Shown: positions 38,681 through 47,947 of the stretch, one piece after another
Numbering within the stretch: the stretch's first letter is position 1
Layout: every line of letters starts with the position of its first letter
Assembly: GCA_021791335.1 (NCBI GenBank)
Contig: JAJYWS010000036.1
Location: 2 to 64,001 of the forward strand
DNA: 64,000 nt
Reading direction: 5' to 3'
Source: Thermoplasmata archaeon
GTDB lineage: Archaea > Thermoplasmatota > Thermoplasmata > Lutacidiplasmatales > UBA184
Translations under genes and position numbers: made by a program
Notes under the pieces: model-generated
Seen by the model: only the letters and a program-made list of their open reading frames with translations
What the model was told of the DNA's origin: nothing
Database searches by the model: none

Positions 38681-39850
38681 TCACCCCCTCGCCAGCAGGG
38701 TCACGGTCGCGCTGGCGCCGGAGCCCCCGACGTTGTGGAGCAGGGCGCGTTCGGCCCCGGGGACCTGCCGTTCCCCGGCCTGGGCCCGCACCTGGACGAA
38801 CCCCTCGTAGGCCTGGCTCACGCCCGTCGCGCCGATCGGGTGGCCCTTCGCCTTGAGCCCTCCGTCCACGTTGACCGGCCAACGGCCGGTCCGCGCGGTG
38901 GATCCGTCGAGGGTGAGCCGGACCGCTCCCCCGGGCTCGGCGAACCCCAGATCCTCCAGGGCGATCAGTTCGGCGATCGTGAAGCAGTCGTGGACCTCGA
39001 TGAGGGAGAGCGACCGTCGATCGAAGGGGGCGTGCCGGAACGCCTCATCGGCCGCCCGCCGAGTGGCAGCGAAATGGGTGGGATCCGGCCGGTCCTGGAC
39101 CGCGAGGTGATCCGAGCCGGCGCCCGTGCCGACGATATGGACCGGGGTGTCGGTATACCGGTGCGCCTCGTCGGACGGGGCGATCACGACGGCGGCCGCG
39201 CCGTCGCTCACCGGGCAGCAGTCCAGGAGCCCGAGGGGATCGGCCACCTTGGGGGCGGCGAGGACCGCCTCGCGGGTGATCGCCTTGCGGAACTGGGCGT
39301 TCGGGTTGGCCAGGCCGTGGCGGTGGTTCTTCACGGCGACCTCGGCGAGGGCCTCCCGGGCGTCCGGGTGGTCGGCGATGTACCGGGCGGCCAGGAGCCC
39401 GTAGACCCCGGCGAAGGTGAGGCCGCTCAGCCGCTCCCACTCGGTATCCCCCGAGACGCCGAGCCAGTAGCGCCGGCGGGCGTTGGGCACATCGGTCATC
39501 TTCTCGAGGCCCACCACCAGGGCGAGCTTCGACCGGCCCGATCCGACCGCGTCGGCCGCGGCCCGGAGCGCGTAGCCGCCCGAAGCGCAGGCGTTCTCGA
39601 CGCGGGTCACGGGCACGCCGACGATTCCCGCCGCCTCCGCGAGGACCGCCGAGGCGTTGCCGATCTGCCAGCCGCCGAACCCCAGGGTCGCCAGGAAAAC
39701 CGCATCGATGCCCCCTCCGGAGAGCCCCCGATCCACGCTCGCCCGGGCCCGGTCGACCACCGACTTGAGGAGGGCCCGGGGACCGTCGGCCAGCCCCCCG
39801 AAGCGGGTATGGCCGGCCCCGACGATCGCGGCCGGAACGCGGGCGGTCAT
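38681..39850 (-). CDS. archaeal-type thiolase (acetyl-CoA acetyltransferase)
   Basis: 389 aa from the ATG at 39850 (MTARVPAAIVGAGHTRFG). Catalytic Cys in VENACASGGYALRAA, C-terminal HNVGGSGA motif. Its stop lies 5 nt before the DUF35 gene start. Confidence 0.92.
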   Translation of the reverse strand: MTARVPAAIVGAGHTRFGGLADGPRALLKSVVDRARASVDRGLSGGGIDAVFLATLGFGGWQIGNASAVLAEAAGIVGVPVTRVENACASGGYALRAAADAVGSGRSKLALVVGLEKMTDVPNARRRYWLGVSGDTEWERLSGLTFAGVYGLLAARYIADHPDAREALAEVAVKNHRHGLANPNAQFRKAITREAVLAAPKVADPLGLLDCCPVSDGAAAVVIAPSDEAHRYTDTPVHIVGTGAGSDHLAVQDRPDPTHFAATRRAADEAFRHAPFDRRSLSLIEVHDCFTIAELIALEDLGFAEPGGAVRLTLDGSTARTGRWPVNVDGGLKAKGHPIGATGVSQAYEGFVQVRAQAGERQVPGAERALLHNVGGSGASATVTLLARG

Positions 39851-39903
39851 CTGGTTACGAACCCTCTTATCGACCCATTCGCTCCGGAGCTTAACAGGAA
39901 GGT

Positions 39904-40488
39904 ATGGATTCGTCGGCCTCCGACCCACCGGTCGTCGTCGGCATCACGGGCGCGAGCGGAAGCGCCATCGCCGGCCACCTCCTGGACGCCCTCGCGGCCG
40001 ACCGGATCCCGGTCGCCCTGGTGGCGACGCCGGCCGGCCGGGCCGTGCTTCGGGAGGAGTGCGGCTACTCGCTGGACCGGTTCCGCCGCCCCGGCCTCGT
40101 GGAGTACTCCGATTCGGACCTGGCCGCGACCATCGCGAGCGGGTCGCGGCCCACCCGGGGCATGGCGGTGGTCCCCTGTTCGGCCAACACGGTCGCGAAG
40201 ATCGCCCACGGCCTCTCCGACACCCTGCTCACCCGGGCGGCCCATGTCCACCTCAAGGAGCGCCGGCGCCTGGTGCTGATGCCCCGGGAGACCCCCCTCT
40301 CCCCGATCCTGCTGCGGAACCTCACCACGCTCGCGGAGGTGGGCGTGGCGATCGTCGATCCCGCCCCGGCCTTCTACCTCAAGCCGACCACGGTCGACGA
40401 GATCACCCGGTACCTGGCCGGCAAGGTCCTCGAGCAGCTCGGACTGCCCCAGCGACTCTACCGCGGTTGGAAGGAGGATCGCCCATGA
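39904..40488 (+). CDS. ubiX: flavin prenyltransferase UbiX
   Basis: 194 aa. VVVGITGASGS, VVPCSANTVAKIAHGLSDTLLTRAA and LVLMPRETPLS motifs are typical of UbiX/Pad1. Confidence 0.93.
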   Translation: MDSSASDPPVVVGITGASGSAIAGHLLDALAADRIPVALVATPAGRAVLREECGYSLDRFRRPGLVEYSDSDLAATIASGSRPTRGMAVVPCSANTVAKIAHGLSDTLLTRAAHVHLKERRRLVLMPRETPLSPILLRNLTTLAEVGVAIVDPAPAFYLKPTTVDEITRYLAGKVLEQLGLPQRLYRGWKEDRP

Positions 40489-41018
40489 ACGACGACCGGA
40501 TCGCCTGGCGCCGGTTCTTCCCGATGCCCTGGGTCGGGTTTGCGGTGCTGCTCCTGGCCCTGATCATCCTGACGCCGGTCCTCTACTCGACGGGGCCCCC
40601 GGCCGCCGGGACGATCTTCACCCAGGCCGAACTCGTGGTCGACTCCAACGGGACCGCGACCCACCTCTACCTCTGGGGCGTCAGCGACGTCCGCTACCAG
40701 TCCCTTTCCCTGGGGATCCTGACCGGATTCGTGTGGGGGCACCGGCCCGACCGGAGCCCGGCGACGTGGACCAACGCGACCGACTCCCTCGCCGTCGTGG
40801 GGGCCACCGATCGGACCCTCTTCGCCGTGAACGTCTCGGCGCTGTACGTCTCCCAGGGCAGCGCCTGCTACGGCGGGCTGGTGGCCTTCAACCTGACCTC
40901 ATCGGCCCTGGCGGCGCAGAGCTTCACCCCGGGGCTCTCGATCCCCTCCAGCGTCGGCCTCAGCAGCCTGCCCCTCTCGATCGCCCTGGTCAACCTGGGC
41001 TCGGGGTGCCCGACATGA
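40485..41018 (+). CDS. membrane-anchored hypothetical protein (N-terminal TM, extracytoplasmic beta-rich domain)
   Basis: 177 aa. The ATG overlaps the ubiX TGA (ATGA). TM WVGFAVLLLALIILTPVLY, then a domain with N-x-S/T sequons. Confidence 0.65.
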   Translation: MNDDRIAWRRFFPMPWVGFAVLLLALIILTPVLYSTGPPAAGTIFTQAELVVDSNGTATHLYLWGVSDVRYQSLSLGILTGFVWGHRPDRSPATWTNATDSLAVVGATDRTLFAVNVSALYVSQGSACYGGLVAFNLTSSALAAQSFTPGLSIPSSVGLSSLPLSIALVNLGSGCPT

Positions 41019-41365
41019 GAACCCCCCGGGCGCTCACCGCGCTGTGGATCGGCGTCGTCGGGGTGCTGCTGATCATCGAGATCGCCCAGATCACCCGGTT
41101 CTTCACCCTCCCGATCCAGTCGGCGCTCGCCAACCCCCTGGTCTTCATCTCCGCGCTGGTCTTCACCACCGTCCTGGCCCTGGTCGGGGCGATTTTCATC
41201 GGGATCTACATCTCCCACCGGATCCTCTCGTCCGGGGGGTTCACGCCCTTTGAGGAGGAGATGCTGAAGATGCGCTCGGAAGTCCGGGAGTTGGCGAGGA
41301 CGGTCCGCTCCCTCTCGACCCGGACCGACGAGCCCGCGGAGGCCCCACGGGAGGAGCGACCGTGA
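41015..41365 (+). CDS. small integral membrane protein (2 TM) with a cytoplasmic coiled tail
   Basis: 116 aa. ATGA overlap with the previous gene. TMs LTALWIGVVGVLLIIEIA and LVFISALVFTTVLALVGAIFIGIYI, tail EEEMLKMRSEVRELARTVRSL. Confidence 0.65.
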   Translation: MRTPRALTALWIGVVGVLLIIEIAQITRFFTLPIQSALANPLVFISALVFTTVLALVGAIFIGIYISHRILSSGGFTPFEEEMLKMRSEVRELARTVRSLSTRTDEPAEAPREERP

Positions 41366-41931
41366 GGATCGTGGTGATCGACAACGGCGGCCAGTGGACC
41401 CACCGGGAATGGCGGGTCCTCCGGGACCTCGGAGCCGACGCCCAGATCCGGCCCAACACCGCGTCCCCGGCCGACCTGGAGGCGGACGGTTACGTCCTCT
41501 CGGGGGGGGCCGTGAGCCTCGGGGGCTCCGAAACCCTCGGCCGGGTCGCCGAATGGATCGACGAGGTGAAGGTGCCGGTCCTCGGCATCTGCGCGGGCCA
41601 CCATTTCCTGGCCCGCCACTTCGGCGGCGCCGTCGCCCGGGGCGCCCCCGAGTTCGGCCGGGTGGACCTGACCTTCGATGCGCCGGACCATCCGCTGATC
41701 CAGGGGTTCCCGAACCCCTGGCCGGTCTGGGCGAGCCACAACGACCAGGTGGTGCGCCCCCCGGCGGAGTGGCGGATCCTGGCCCACTCGGCGAGCTGTG
41801 CGGTCGAAGCGATGGCCCATCCGGCCCGTCCGTTCTTCGGGGTCCAGTTCCATCCCGAGGTCGAACATACCCTGCGCGGGACCGAACTCTTCGCCCGGTT
41901 TCTCCGCCTCTGCGACCCCCACCGGGAATAA
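41362..41931 (+). CDS. guaAA: GMP synthase, glutamine amidotransferase subunit A
   Basis: 189 aa. IVVIDNGGQWTHREWR, GICAGHH (catalytic Cys), QFHPEVEHT (His/Glu). The GTG start overlaps the previous TGA. Confidence 0.92.
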   Translation: MRIVVIDNGGQWTHREWRVLRDLGADAQIRPNTASPADLEADGYVLSGGAVSLGGSETLGRVAEWIDEVKVPVLGICAGHHFLARHFGGAVARGAPEFGRVDLTFDAPDHPLIQGFPNPWPVWASHNDQVVRPPAEWRILAHSASCAVEAMAHPARPFFGVQFHPEVEHTLRGTELFARFLRLCDPHRE

Positions 41932-41958
41932 GAACCGCGGCGCCCTAGGAGCTTCGCG

Positions 41959-43512
41959 ATGAAGATGCGTCACGCCTCCGGAGTCCGCGAGCACGACCTC
42001 ATCGACCGGGCCGAACGGCTCCGGGAGTCGGTCGACGGCCTCCTCCCCCGGCTAACCGACGGGGCCGACCGGGACCGCTTCGACAAGCTGCGGGCGGAAC
42101 TCGAGTCGGTCCGGGAGGACCGGGAGGATGCGAAGCGGCTCGACCGGGACCGACGCTGGGGCGACCCGATGGCCCGGGCGTATGCGGGACTCCTCCACTA
42201 CTATCTGGAACGGGAGTTGCCCGAGGTCATCTCCTTCGCGGTGCCCGGCGGCGAGGTCCAGTTCGCGCCCCTGAGCAAGGCGCCCCGCGAGGTGGAGGCG
42301 GCCGTCCAGCAGTTCGACGACCCCCGGCGGCTCATCCTGGGCTACTTGGAGTGGGCCCGCCGAGGCTACCACTTCTTCGTCGTCGGCAAGGAACTCTGGT
42401 CGTCCGGACGCTCCCCGGTGCCGCCCCCCTCGGTCGTGCCGGCGAAGCTCGCCGCGCTGCCGTACCGGCTCCAGGAGGGGGCGGACGCCGGCCGGTGGGA
42501 GTGCCCCCACCTGCACCAGCAGGATCCCCGACCCTACCTCGAGGTCCGCTGGGAGGGGGCCGGCGTGGCGTTCCGGGTCTGCCGCAAATGCGTCAAGGGC
42601 GAGCGGCAGCTCCTCGCGAGCCTGACCGAGGGGACCGCCGTTCCCGACCCCTCGGCCGAGTTCCCGGTCTCGGCCGCCCTCAACGTCCGATGCCTCGGCG
42701 GCGGAGGGTGCGTCCACGCCGACCTGCCCCCGATCTCGAAGTCGTTGCGTCGCGCCTACGAGTACGGCCGGATCTCCGATGCCCAACTCCTGGACGGCTA
42801 CCTGGCCGAGATCCGGCCACGGCTCGGGGAGTCGGACCGGCCCGCCTTCGTGGCCGGCGGCGTCTGCTACGGCGCCGACGCGGGCCGGTTTCTGGACGCG
42901 CTCGCCCCCTCCCCGCTCGAACGGAAGGCCCTCGAGGCGGTCCTGGCCCACCGCCCGGGGCTCTTCGAGATCGATGAGCCGTCCGCGAGCCGGGCGCTGG
43001 AGCGGCTCTGGCCGGAGGCGGCCGAGGAGATCGTCGGCACGATCGTCGCCGATCCCGCCGAGGCGCAGCGGTGGATCCGCGACGCCCGGGCCAATCCGGG
43101 CCGGGTCGCCGAGCTCCTCAAGCGGGCCCAGCGCAAGAGCGATGAGCGCGAACTCCTGGGCGCGCTCCCCCGGTACGCCACCCTGGCGGCCGAGGCCCGG
43201 TACGTCGACAGCGTCGCCCGGGCGTTCCGGACCCAGGGCCCCGGCGGCGCCGAGCGGACCGCGCTCGAGCAACTGCCCAAGGAAGGGCGGGAACGCGGGC
43301 TCGCCTACGCCTTCCTTCGGGCGCTCGACCGGGCCCGGACCCACGACTGGCGGTTCTCCCCCACCGAGCGGGAGTTTGGCAGTTCGCTGACCGACCGGGC
43401 CCGGGAACTGCTCGGCGCCCCCCCCGAGCGCTACCACGATGCCCTCGACCGGTTCCTGCGCAGCGCCGGGGTGGCCGACTGGGGCTCCCGCCACCCCGGC
43501 GACGCCCGCTAG
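41959..43512 (+). CDS. hypothetical protein (helical, with a central Cys/His cluster)
   Basis: 517 aa with protein-like composition and no motif I recognise. Central WECPHLH...FRVCRKCVKG...VRCLGGGGCVH suggests a metal-binding module. Confidence 0.75.
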   Translation: MKMRHASGVREHDLIDRAERLRESVDGLLPRLTDGADRDRFDKLRAELESVREDREDAKRLDRDRRWGDPMARAYAGLLHYYLERELPEVISFAVPGGEVQFAPLSKAPREVEAAVQQFDDPRRLILGYLEWARRGYHFFVVGKELWSSGRSPVPPPSVVPAKLAALPYRLQEGADAGRWECPHLHQQDPRPYLEVRWEGAGVAFRVCRKCVKGERQLLASLTEGTAVPDPSAEFPVSAALNVRCLGGGGCVHADLPPISKSLRRAYEYGRISDAQLLDGYLAEIRPRLGESDRPAFVAGGVCYGADAGRFLDALAPSPLERKALEAVLAHRPGLFEIDEPSASRALERLWPEAAEEIVGTIVADPAEAQRWIRDARANPGRVAELLKRAQRKSDERELLGALPRYATLAAEARYVDSVARAFRTQGPGGAERTALEQLPKEGRERGLAYAFLRALDRARTHDWRFSPTEREFGSSLTDRARELLGAPPERYHDALDRFLRSAGVADWGSRHPGDAR

Positions 43513-44279
43513 ACCGGTCGGAAGCGGGCCACCGCCGCCGCCTCCACCTCGTGGAGTTCGCCGCCCGGGACCACCAGGGCGTGCAGCGGGGGGCCGAAAT
43601 CGATTCCGACGAGCCGCTCGGGGAGCCCGTACCAGGCCGCCGGGGTGTCGGTGCCGATCCGGGCGACCACGGCCAGCTCGGCCCCCGGGGGCAGGGCGGT
43701 CCGCGGAGCGTCCCGTGCCCTCAGGATCCCGATCGCCTCGCCCGCGGTGAGGAACGCCGGCCCCGTGGGCCGCAGGTCCAGGAGGACGAGCGTGTGCAGC
43801 CCGCGCGCACGGTTCTCCCGGAGGCCGTCCAGGAAGGAGGTCGGCGCGAAGCCGGGGGCGGGGAACGGGATCGAGACCGTCCGGCCGAAGCGGTAGTGCA
43901 TGAGCCCCAGGAACGACGCGGCCGCGGTGAGGATGCTCGCATTCGGCAGGTACCGCCAGGCATGGCCGGCCCGCTCGGCCGCGACGCGCAGGGCGGTATG
44001 GGTCGTGGCGGCGAACGGGTCCCCGACCACGAGGAGCGCGACCCGGGGGCTCCGCGCCAGCGCCTCGAGCACCGGCCGCTCCGATTCGAGCTCCTCCCGG
44101 CTCAGCCGCTGGATCGGGCGACCGAGCTCGCCGGAGAGCCGGTCCAGCGATCCGGGCGCGAGGAGGCTCGTGTACTCCTCCGCCAGGATCACGGGGGTCC
44201 GTTCGAGCACCTCCCGGGCCCGCCCGGAAAGGTCCCGCTCGCTTCCGAGGCCGAGACCGACGAACCAGAGCTCCGCCAC
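43509..44279 (-). CDS. dph5: diphthine synthase
   Basis: 256 aa. MAELWFVGLGLG...ILAEEYTS... and VALLVVGDPFAATTH are typical of the tetrapyrrole-methylase-fold DphB/Dph5. Confidence 0.93.
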   Translation of the reverse strand: MAELWFVGLGLGSERDLSGRAREVLERTPVILAEEYTSLLAPGSLDRLSGELGRPIQRLSREELESERPVLEALARSPRVALLVVGDPFAATTHTALRVAAERAGHAWRYLPNASILTAAASFLGLMHYRFGRTVSIPFPAPGFAPTSFLDGLRENRARGLHTLVLLDLRPTGPAFLTAGEAIGILRARDAPRTALPPGAELAVVARIGTDTPAAWYGLPERLVGIDFGPPLHALVVPGGELHEVEAAAVARFRPV

Positions 44280-44286
44280 CGACGCC

Positions 44287-45090
44287 TCAGCTGCGGACCG
44301 CGATCACCGGACACGGCGCGGCCCGGAAAAGATCCTCCAGGAACCGGCGGGTGAGCAGCGGGGTCGTGCCGGCCCGGGAATCTTCCCCGATCAGGAGGAG
44401 CCCGTAGCGCTCGCGGGCCGCGATGCCGAGCAGGAACTCCGGCAGCCGGCGCCGACGGACGAACGGTGTCGACCCGCCCACGTACTTGTGGCGGAGGGGC
44501 AGCCCCCGCGGACTGGTACCCTCCGGCTCCGGGGGGGTCGGCGCGGTCCCCTCGGGGGCCAGGGAGAGGACGGTCAGGGCGACCCCCGGCATCTTGAGGC
44601 CGAGCTCCTCGGCGATCTGGAGGGCCCGGGGGGTCGGCATCTCCCCGAAGGTGGGGAGCAGGATCCGGGGGACCCGGCTGCTGGCGAGGGCGAGGCGATT
44701 CACGATCACCACGTCGCAGCGCGCGTGGTGGAGGACTGCGCTGGCCGTGTGGCCGACGAACGGGTTGCGGCTCCGCCGGTCCCCGGCGAGGGTCATCAGG
44801 ATCGCATCGACCTCGTGGGCCTCGGCGCTCTCGAGGATCTCGCCCGGCACATCGACGTTCGCCCGGACCTCGGGCTCGACGCGGACGTCGAGGGCCGCGC
44901 CGGTCTCGTGCGCGGGGACGACGATGTTCACCGACGCCCGCCACTCGCGGGTGACCTGGGGCATCGTCGTCGTCGGGATGATGTGGAGGATCCGGATCTC
45001 GCCGCCGGGTTCGAGGAGCCGGGCCCCGATCTCGATGGTCGGCTCGACCTCCGACGGCTCCTTGACCGGGATCAGGAGTTGGTGGTACAT
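44287..45090 (-). CDS. tandem universal stress protein (KdpQ-like position)
   Basis: 267 aa with two USP-like halves. The ATG shares one base with the kdpC TGA (TGATG), so it is the fifth gene of the kdp operon. Confidence 0.88.
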   Translation of the reverse strand: MYHQLLIPVKEPSEVEPTIEIGARLLEPGGEIRILHIIPTTTMPQVTREWRASVNIVVPAHETGAALDVRVEPEVRANVDVPGEILESAEAHEVDAILMTLAGDRRSRNPFVGHTASAVLHHARCDVVIVNRLALASSRVPRILLPTFGEMPTPRALQIAEELGLKMPGVALTVLSLAPEGTAPTPPEPEGTSPRGLPLRHKYVGGSTPFVRRRRLPEFLLGIAARERYGLLLIGEDSRAGTTPLLTRRFLEDLFRAAPCPVIAVRS

Positions 45091-45764
45091 CAGGGGCCCC
45101 CGACGGCCTGGAGCAGCGCCGGATATTCGGCGAGGAGCGCGAGATCGAGGCTCAGGACGTCCACATAGGGCACCCCGAGCCCGGGGAGGAGAGGGGCGGT
45201 GATCTCCCGGTTCACGAGGGCCGTCAGGCCGGCGATCGAGACGTTCTGACCGGTCAGGTTCGAGGCGAAGGCGCTGACCCTCGGGATCTGGACCAGCACG
45301 GCCTCGGGCACGAGGTCCGGGTCGACGCCCGAGCCCGAGACGCTGATGAGGGAGATCGGCAGCGTGGCGTTCACGGTGGTGTTCCCGTAGCGCTCCATGT
45401 AGGAAATGGTTTCGTTGATGAGCGCCTTGAGCGCCGCCGTCGTCGGCCCCGGGGCCCCGTCGTAGCCCAACGTCAGGTTGTAGTCGTTCAGCGACGGCCG
45501 GGCCCAGAAGAGGTACGGCGCCGAGAGGTTCTGGGCGATCAGGGAGGAGCCGACGATCGTCCCGTCCACGATCAGCAGCGAGCCGTTGGCGCTCCCGGGG
45601 CTGATCTCCTGCGCGATCGCCGTGACGACCGCCGGATAGGCGACGCCCGCGACCAGGACCGAGAGGGCCACCAGGACCACGGCGGCCCGGAGGTGCCGGG
45701 CCGTCGCCCGGGGGGAGGGGCGACGCCGCGGGAGGGGCGGGGGGGCCGGGTCGGCCGGGATCAT
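45090..45764 (-). CDS. kdpC: potassium-transporting ATPase subunit C
   Basis: 224 aa. N-terminal TM, then GSANGSLL..., GSSLIAQN, SVSGSGVDPDLVPEAVLVQIPRV (the KdpC GSGLDP-type motif). ATGA overlap with kdpB. Confidence 0.9.
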   Translation of the reverse strand: MIPADPAPPPLPRRRPSPRATARHLRAAVVLVALSVLVAGVAYPAVVTAIAQEISPGSANGSLLIVDGTIVGSSLIAQNLSAPYLFWARPSLNDYNLTLGYDGAPGPTTAALKALINETISYMERYGNTTVNATLPISLISVSGSGVDPDLVPEAVLVQIPRVSAFASNLTGQNVSIAGLTALVNREITAPLLPGLGVPYVDVLSLDLALLAEYPALLQAVGGP

Positions 45765-47947
45765 ACGCCTCCGATCGGGAGGAGGTGCGCCACGGCGGAC
45801 CCCAGGGCCTGCGCCAGGGGGGAGCCGCTCAGGGAGGCGAGCAGGACGTACAGGAGCTTGATGCCCACGAACGCGCTCACGAGTCCCCCCACCCCGTAGA
45901 GCACGAGATTCCGGCGCAAAAGGTCGATGGCCGTCCGGGGCCGGAACCGGACGCCGGTGAGGGCGAGGGGGATCAGGAGCGGGATCACCAGCGCATTGAA
46001 CAGCAACGTCGCGAGGACCGCCAGGTTCGGGTTGGACAGCCCCAGCAGGTTGAACGACTGGATGCCGGCGAGCACGACCCCCGAGCTGGTGATGAAGATC
46101 GCCGGCAGGATCGCGAAGTACTTCGCGACGTCGTTGGTGATGCTGAACGTGGTGAGCGCCCCCCGGGTGATGAGGAGCTGCTTCCCGATCGAGACGATCT
46201 CGATGAGCTTGGTCGGGTCGCTGTCCAGGTCGACCATGTTGCCGGCCTCCTTGGCGGCGCCGGTCCCCGAGTTCATCGCGAGGCCGACATCGGCCCGGGC
46301 GAGCGCCGGGGCATCGTTCGTCCCGTCGCCGCTCATGGCGACCAGCCGGCCCTGGGCCTTCTCGCGCTGGATCACCTCGAGCTTGGTCTCGGGCTTCGCC
46401 TCCGCGATGAACTCATCGACCCCGGCCTCGGACGCCACGGCACGGGCCGTCAGCCGGTTGTCGCCGGTGCACATGATCGTCCGGATCCCCATGGTCTTGA
46501 GCTCCCGGATCCGGTCCTTGATGCCGGGCTTCACGACGTCCTTGAGCAGGACGACCCCGAGCGCCCGCCGGTTCACCGCGATGACCAAGGGGGTCATGCC
46601 CTGCCGGGACGCCTCGGTCGTCGCGGTCCGCAGGGCCGGCGGGAGGACCGCCCCGTAGGCCTCGATCGCGGCCACCGATCCCTTGAACGCCTCCGTCCCG
46701 TCCTTGAGTTGGATCCCGCTCATCCGCCGCTCCGAGGAGAACGGCTGAAGGTCGTAGGTTCCGGGGTCGAGCCGCTGCGCCGGCGCCCCCCGGCGGGCGG
46801 CGAGACGGACGATCGACTTCCCTTCGGGCGTGTCGTCCAGGGAGGAGGTCAGCATGGCCGCGGTGAGGAGCTCCGACAGCGGCACCTCGGGGGCCGTCAC
46901 GAACTGGACGGCGAGCCGGTTCCCGATGGTGATCGTCCCGGTCTTGTCCAGGATGAGGACATCCAGGTCGCCGGCGGCCTCCACGGCCTTCCCGGACTTG
47001 GCGACCACGTTGGCCTTCGAGACCCGGTTGATCCCCGAGATGCCGATCGCCGGCAGGAGCGCGCCGATCGTCGTCGGGATCAGGCAGACGAACAGCGCGA
47101 CCAGGGTGGCGATGTTGACCCGGACGATGCCGGTGAAGTCGGCGAGGTAGACGAAGGTGCCGATCACCGTGATGAGCGCGATCGTCAGCGAGGCCAACAG
47201 CACCGAGAGGGCCAGCTCGTTGGGAGTCGGTTCCCGGCCCGAGTTCTCCACCAGCTGGATCAGGCGGTCGAGGAACGAATGGCCCTGGGTCGCGGTGATC
47301 CGCACCCGGATGGTGCCCTGGATCACCTGGGTCCCCCCCAGGACGCTGGTTTTGTCCCCGCCGCTTTCGCGGACGGCCGGCTGGGACTCCCCGGTCATCA
47401 TCGATTCGTCGACCAGGGCGGCCCCCTGGGTCACATCCCCGTCGATCGGGACCGGTTCACCGGGGCGGATCTCGACGATGTCCCCGAGCTTCAGCTCCGG
47501 CGACGGGGTCCAGACGACGCTCCCATCCCCCTGGACCCGCCGGGCCCGAAGTCCGCCCCGGATCTGCCGGAGGCTGTCGGCCTGGGCCCGCCCCTGGGCC
47601 TCGGCGATCGCCGAACCCAGGTGGCTGAACCAGAGCGTGAGGAAGAGGATCAGCGAGATCGCGAGGTAGTAGCCCGGATCGTAGCTCGAGGCGATGTCCG
47701 GAAAGGCCCGGGGAAAGAGGGTGAGGACCACGACGAAGAGGAAGAGGACCCAGACGGTGAACATCACCGGCTGGCGGATCTCCCGTCGGGGGTCGAACAT
47801 CCGGAACGAGTCGGCCAGGACCCGCCGCACGCTCGTGTGGGAGGCGCGCCGACCGACCACCGGCCGTGCCGCCGCGGCGGCCGCATCGACCTCGGCGGGG
47901 TCCTCCGCCCCGGGAGGGGCGGCCGGTGCGCCCGGAACGGCCGGCAT
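45761..47947 (-). CDS. kdpB: potassium-transporting P-type ATPase subunit B
   Basis: 728 aa from the ATG at 47947. DKTGTIT phosphorylation site, TGES, MCTGDN and GDGTNDAPAL motifs. The 1272-aa track ORF reads on through kdpA out of frame and was trimmed. Confidence 0.95.
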   Translation of the reverse strand: MPAVPGAPAAPPGAEDPAEVDAAAAAARPVVGRRASHTSVRRVLADSFRMFDPRREIRQPVMFTVWVLFLFVVVLTLFPRAFPDIASSYDPGYYLAISLILFLTLWFSHLGSAIAEAQGRAQADSLRQIRGGLRARRVQGDGSVVWTPSPELKLGDIVEIRPGEPVPIDGDVTQGAALVDESMMTGESQPAVRESGGDKTSVLGGTQVIQGTIRVRITATQGHSFLDRLIQLVENSGREPTPNELALSVLLASLTIALITVIGTFVYLADFTGIVRVNIATLVALFVCLIPTTIGALLPAIGISGINRVSKANVVAKSGKAVEAAGDLDVLILDKTGTITIGNRLAVQFVTAPEVPLSELLTAAMLTSSLDDTPEGKSIVRLAARRGAPAQRLDPGTYDLQPFSSERRMSGIQLKDGTEAFKGSVAAIEAYGAVLPPALRTATTEASRQGMTPLVIAVNRRALGVVLLKDVVKPGIKDRIRELKTMGIRTIMCTGDNRLTARAVASEAGVDEFIAEAKPETKLEVIQREKAQGRLVAMSGDGTNDAPALARADVGLAMNSGTGAAKEAGNMVDLDSDPTKLIEIVSIGKQLLITRGALTTFSITNDVAKYFAILPAIFITSSGVVLAGIQSFNLLGLSNPNLAVLATLLFNALVIPLLIPLALTGVRFRPRTAIDLLRRNLVLYGVGGLVSAFVGIKLLYVLLASLSGSPLAQALGSAVAHLLPIGGV

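Noticed and set aside
34707-40279. 834-aa (34707-37211, plus) and 801-aa (37874-40279, plus) ORFs spanning the Tes-like, DUF35 and thiolase genes.
   Set aside because: They cross several well-supported opposite-strand genes, and their composition is non-protein-like.
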